Origin: Patescibacteria group bacterium
GTDB taxonomy: Bacteria > Patescibacteriota > Saccharimonadia > CAILAD01 > JADZBC01
DNA: 63,450 nt
Assembly (NCBI GenBank): GCA_052034495.1
Contig: JBPOIL010000018.1
Location: forward strand, 1-63,450
Direction: 5' to 3'
Numbering within the stretch: the first letter of the stretch is position 1; the number at the start of each line of letters is the position of its first letter. The notes beneath the pieces were generated by a model. That model worked only from the letters and a program-made list of their open reading frames with translations, was not told where the DNA came from and did not search any database. This document shows, one piece after another, positions 59,974-63,450 of the stretch. Both the position numbers and the translations under genes were made by a program.

Positions 59974-60002
59974 TTACACAGGCCGCGGAACTTGCTAGTA
60001 TG
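59974..60002 (+). promoter_or_regulatory. Candidate 23S rRNA promoter (TTTACA-17-TAGTAT)
   Basis: Hexamers at 59974-59979 and 59997-60002, about 220 nt upstream of the 23S 5' end. Confidence 0.5.
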
Positions 60003-60896
60003 TATTAGTTAAGAACGAGCAACCGAGCATGAGTAAACAAACTACTACCGGAGGCGCTAAGGCCTAAGCACTTGTTTGTTCCTGCTTGGTCGCCTCGAAG
60101 CCCTGCTTCATAAGCGGCCATTTTTTGTTCATTGAAATATGAATACTAACAAGGGTAATACAATTACACCAAAAGAAGACAATTTGATATTTTCAAATTG
60201 TCAGTCAAAATGTTCAAACGAGTTAAGAAGTTACTTAAGAGCACATGATGAATGCCTTGACGTGATACGCCGAAGAAGGTCGTAGAAGGCTGCGATAAGC
60301 CCCGGGGAGCTGCCAATCAAGCTTTGATCCGAGGATAACCGAATGGGGAAACCCGGCTAGGGTAATGCCTAGTCACCCTATGATGAATATATAGTCATAG
60401 TGGAGGGCACCCCCCGAACTGAAACATCTAAGTAGGGGGAGGAGAAGAAAACAACCGTGAGTCCCAAAGTAGTGGCGAGCGAAATGGGATCAGCCAAAAC
60501 TTATTCGCTTCCTGTAGTACCTGTACGTAACCAATTAGTTTACTAGTTGGAGCAGTATAGACAACGCAGGTTACCTCAATAATAGCGAAGAGGGTTGCGA
60601 GGTATTGACGAATATTTTGCGTTTTAGTATTTGGTCACTATGGACTTGTTCCTTAGTTACCAATTGCTAAGCGCTAAGTATGACCACCGATGAGGATCGA
60701 GTGGATAAAGTTACAAAACAGATTTGTTAGAAGAAGGAGCCTGGAAGGGACCGCCAAAGAGCGTGATAGCCGCGTATTCGAAAACACTCTGTCTTTATGT
60801 CAATATACTCAAGTAGGTCGGGACACGTGAAACCCTGACTGAATCTGGGAGGACCACCTCCCAAGGCTAAATACGTATCATGATCGATAGTGAACG

Positions 60897-60927
<31 letters not shown>

Positions 60928-62478
60928 GTAAGGGGAGTGAAATAGAATCCTGAAATCATGTGCTTACAATGAGTGGGAGCCGGCTTGTCCGGTGACCGCG
61001 TGCTTTTTGTAGAACGATCCAGCGAGTTAATGTATACGGCGTTAGGTTAAGTCTTTTTCAAGATGGAGCCGTAGTGAAAGCGAGGGTTAATAGCCCGAAT
61101 TAGTCGTATGTATTAGACCCGAAACCGGGTGACCTAACCATGGGCAGGCTGAAGCTTCGGTAAAACGGAGTGGAGGGCCGAACCACCGCACGTTGTAAAG
61201 TGCTTGGATGACCTGTGGTTAGCGGAGAAATTCCAATCGAACCCGGAGATAGCTGGTTCTCCTCGAAATAGCTTTAGGGCTAGCGTCATAAACTACTGCT
61301 CGGAGGTAGAGCACTGAATGGGTTAGGGCCGTTTACGGTACCACGCCCAACCAAACTCCGAATGCCGAGCAAGACTATTATGGCAGTCAGAAAGTGGGAG
61401 CTAAGTTCCATTTTCGAAAGGGAAACAGCCCAGACCGCCGTCTAAGGTCCCAAAGTCATAGCTAAGTGGGAAACGAGGTGAGATTGCATAAACAACCAGG
61501 ATGTTGGCTTAGAAGCAGCCATGCATTTAAAGAGTGCGTAACAGCTCACTGGTCAATCGTGATCTTGCGCGGAAAATATATCGGGGCTAAAGCTATGCAC
61601 CGAAGACGCGGATTGTCTACATTTGTAGATAGTGGTAGAGGAGCGTTCCTCACGCACTGAAGTCAAACCGTGAGGTTTGGTGGAGTGTGGGGAAGTGAGA
61701 ATGCTGGAATGAGTAACTATAAGGTAGGTGAGAATCCTACCCACCGTAAGACCAAGGTTTCCTGGGCAACGTTTATCGTCCCAGGGTTAGTCGGGCCTAA
61801 GCCGAGGCGAGTAGCGTAGGCGATGGACAACAGGTTGATATTCCTGTACCGGCTGTATTGTTCCCAGACAAGACGCAGGATGGTAGCTAGAGCGGTTTCA
61901 TGGCTATAGCCGTCTAAGCAGGTAGTCACGTAGTAATACGTGGTGAGACGCGAATGAAATCCTAGCAATAGGAGATTCTAGCAAGCCAAACTGACTAGAA
62001 AATTGTCTGATTAATAGATACAGTCGCCCGTACCGATAACCAACTCAGGTGGTCGGGTCGAGTAGACCAAGGTGCTCGGGAGAACCCTCGTTAAGGAACT
62101 CGGCAATATAGCGACCGTAACTTCGGGATAAGGTCTGCCGGGGCGTACCACAGTGACTTCAATGTCGCTGATTGGTAATGTAGGTTTTGCCTACAGTGCT
62201 TAGAGGTATTCTTTGTGCAATGAACATTTGCACTCAGTAATACAAAACCAATCCAGTTAGGGATAAATCTTAATCCCTAACAGCAGAGACATTGGATTCA
62301 ACTGTGGTGCGTCTCGGCCGCAGCGAAAGAACCCATGCGACTGTTTATCAAAAACACAGGTTTGTGCGAACACGAAAGTGGATGTATACGAACTGACGCC
62401 TGCCCAGTGCTGGAAGGTTAAGTGGCGTTGTGCAAGCAGCAAAATGAAGCCCCAGTAAACGGCGGCCCTAACTATAAG

Positions 62479-63238
<760 letters not shown>

Positions 63239-63450
63239 GAAGTTCCGACCTGCACGAATGGCGTAACGATATGGGTACTGTCTCAACGAGGGACCCGGTG
63301 AAATTGCAATAGCGGTAAAGATGCCGTTTACCCGCACCAAGACGGATAGACCCCGTGCAGCTTTACTACAGCTTGGCATTGTGTCCGGTCTTACTTTGTG
63401 TAGCATAGGTGGGAGACTTTGAAGCATTGACGCTAGTCGATGTGGAGTCG

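Noticed and set aside
60029-60067. 12-codon micro-ORF (MSKQTTTGGAKA) in the 23S leader.
   Set aside because: It is too short, has no SD sequence, and lies within the presumed rRNA precursor leader.

Overview
This 63.45-kb window comes from a moderate-GC, small-genome bacterium. Hand counts on a few 60-nt lines give about 50-53 % GC. Gene content and rRNA peculiarities fit Patescibacteria/CPR, plausibly Saccharibacteria; this is inference and no database search was possible.

Housekeeping genes are clear: class I FBA, smpB, argS, a UvrD-like helicase-nuclease, rmuC, trpS, pheST, gyrBA and mgtE.

The rRNA operon is spread out. 16S, tRNA-Ile(GAU), tRNA-Ala(UGC) and 23S all lie on the + strand in canonical order, but about 22.8 kb of protein-coding DNA separates 16S from 23S. 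The 23S carries two expansion segments and a group-I-type intron that encodes a LAGLIDADG endonuclease.

Main points of interest:
1. Five short high-GC islets (about 60-67 % on hand-counted lines, with G/C-dominated third codon positions) are embedded in the lower-GC backbone. The largest (43.0-45.9 kb) is a cassette-like array in which ORFs are bracketed by two families of conserved, structured repeat elements. It carries an actinobacterial-type pyrF. Other islets carry an adenylate-kinase homologue with a degenerate P-loop and small Zn-ribbon or basic proteins.
2. A roughly 2,100-aa NHL/Ig surface protein ends in an orphan histidine-kinase H-box. It is followed, with a 1-nt overlap, by a membrane protein that has the HATPase domain but no recognisable H-box.
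3. An NlpC/P60 cysteine-peptidase domain is inserted inside the B5 domain of PheT.
4. Five paralogous membrane-anchored DUF4214/coiled-coil proteins have unrelated C-termini and share an upstream motif.
5. An orphan, highly structured ncRNA of about 480 nt has its own promoter and terminator.
6. Six helically phased TGTGAAW (DnaA-box-like) repeats form an array.

All functional calls rest on motif recognition by eye and need HMM, BLAST or covariance-model confirmation.
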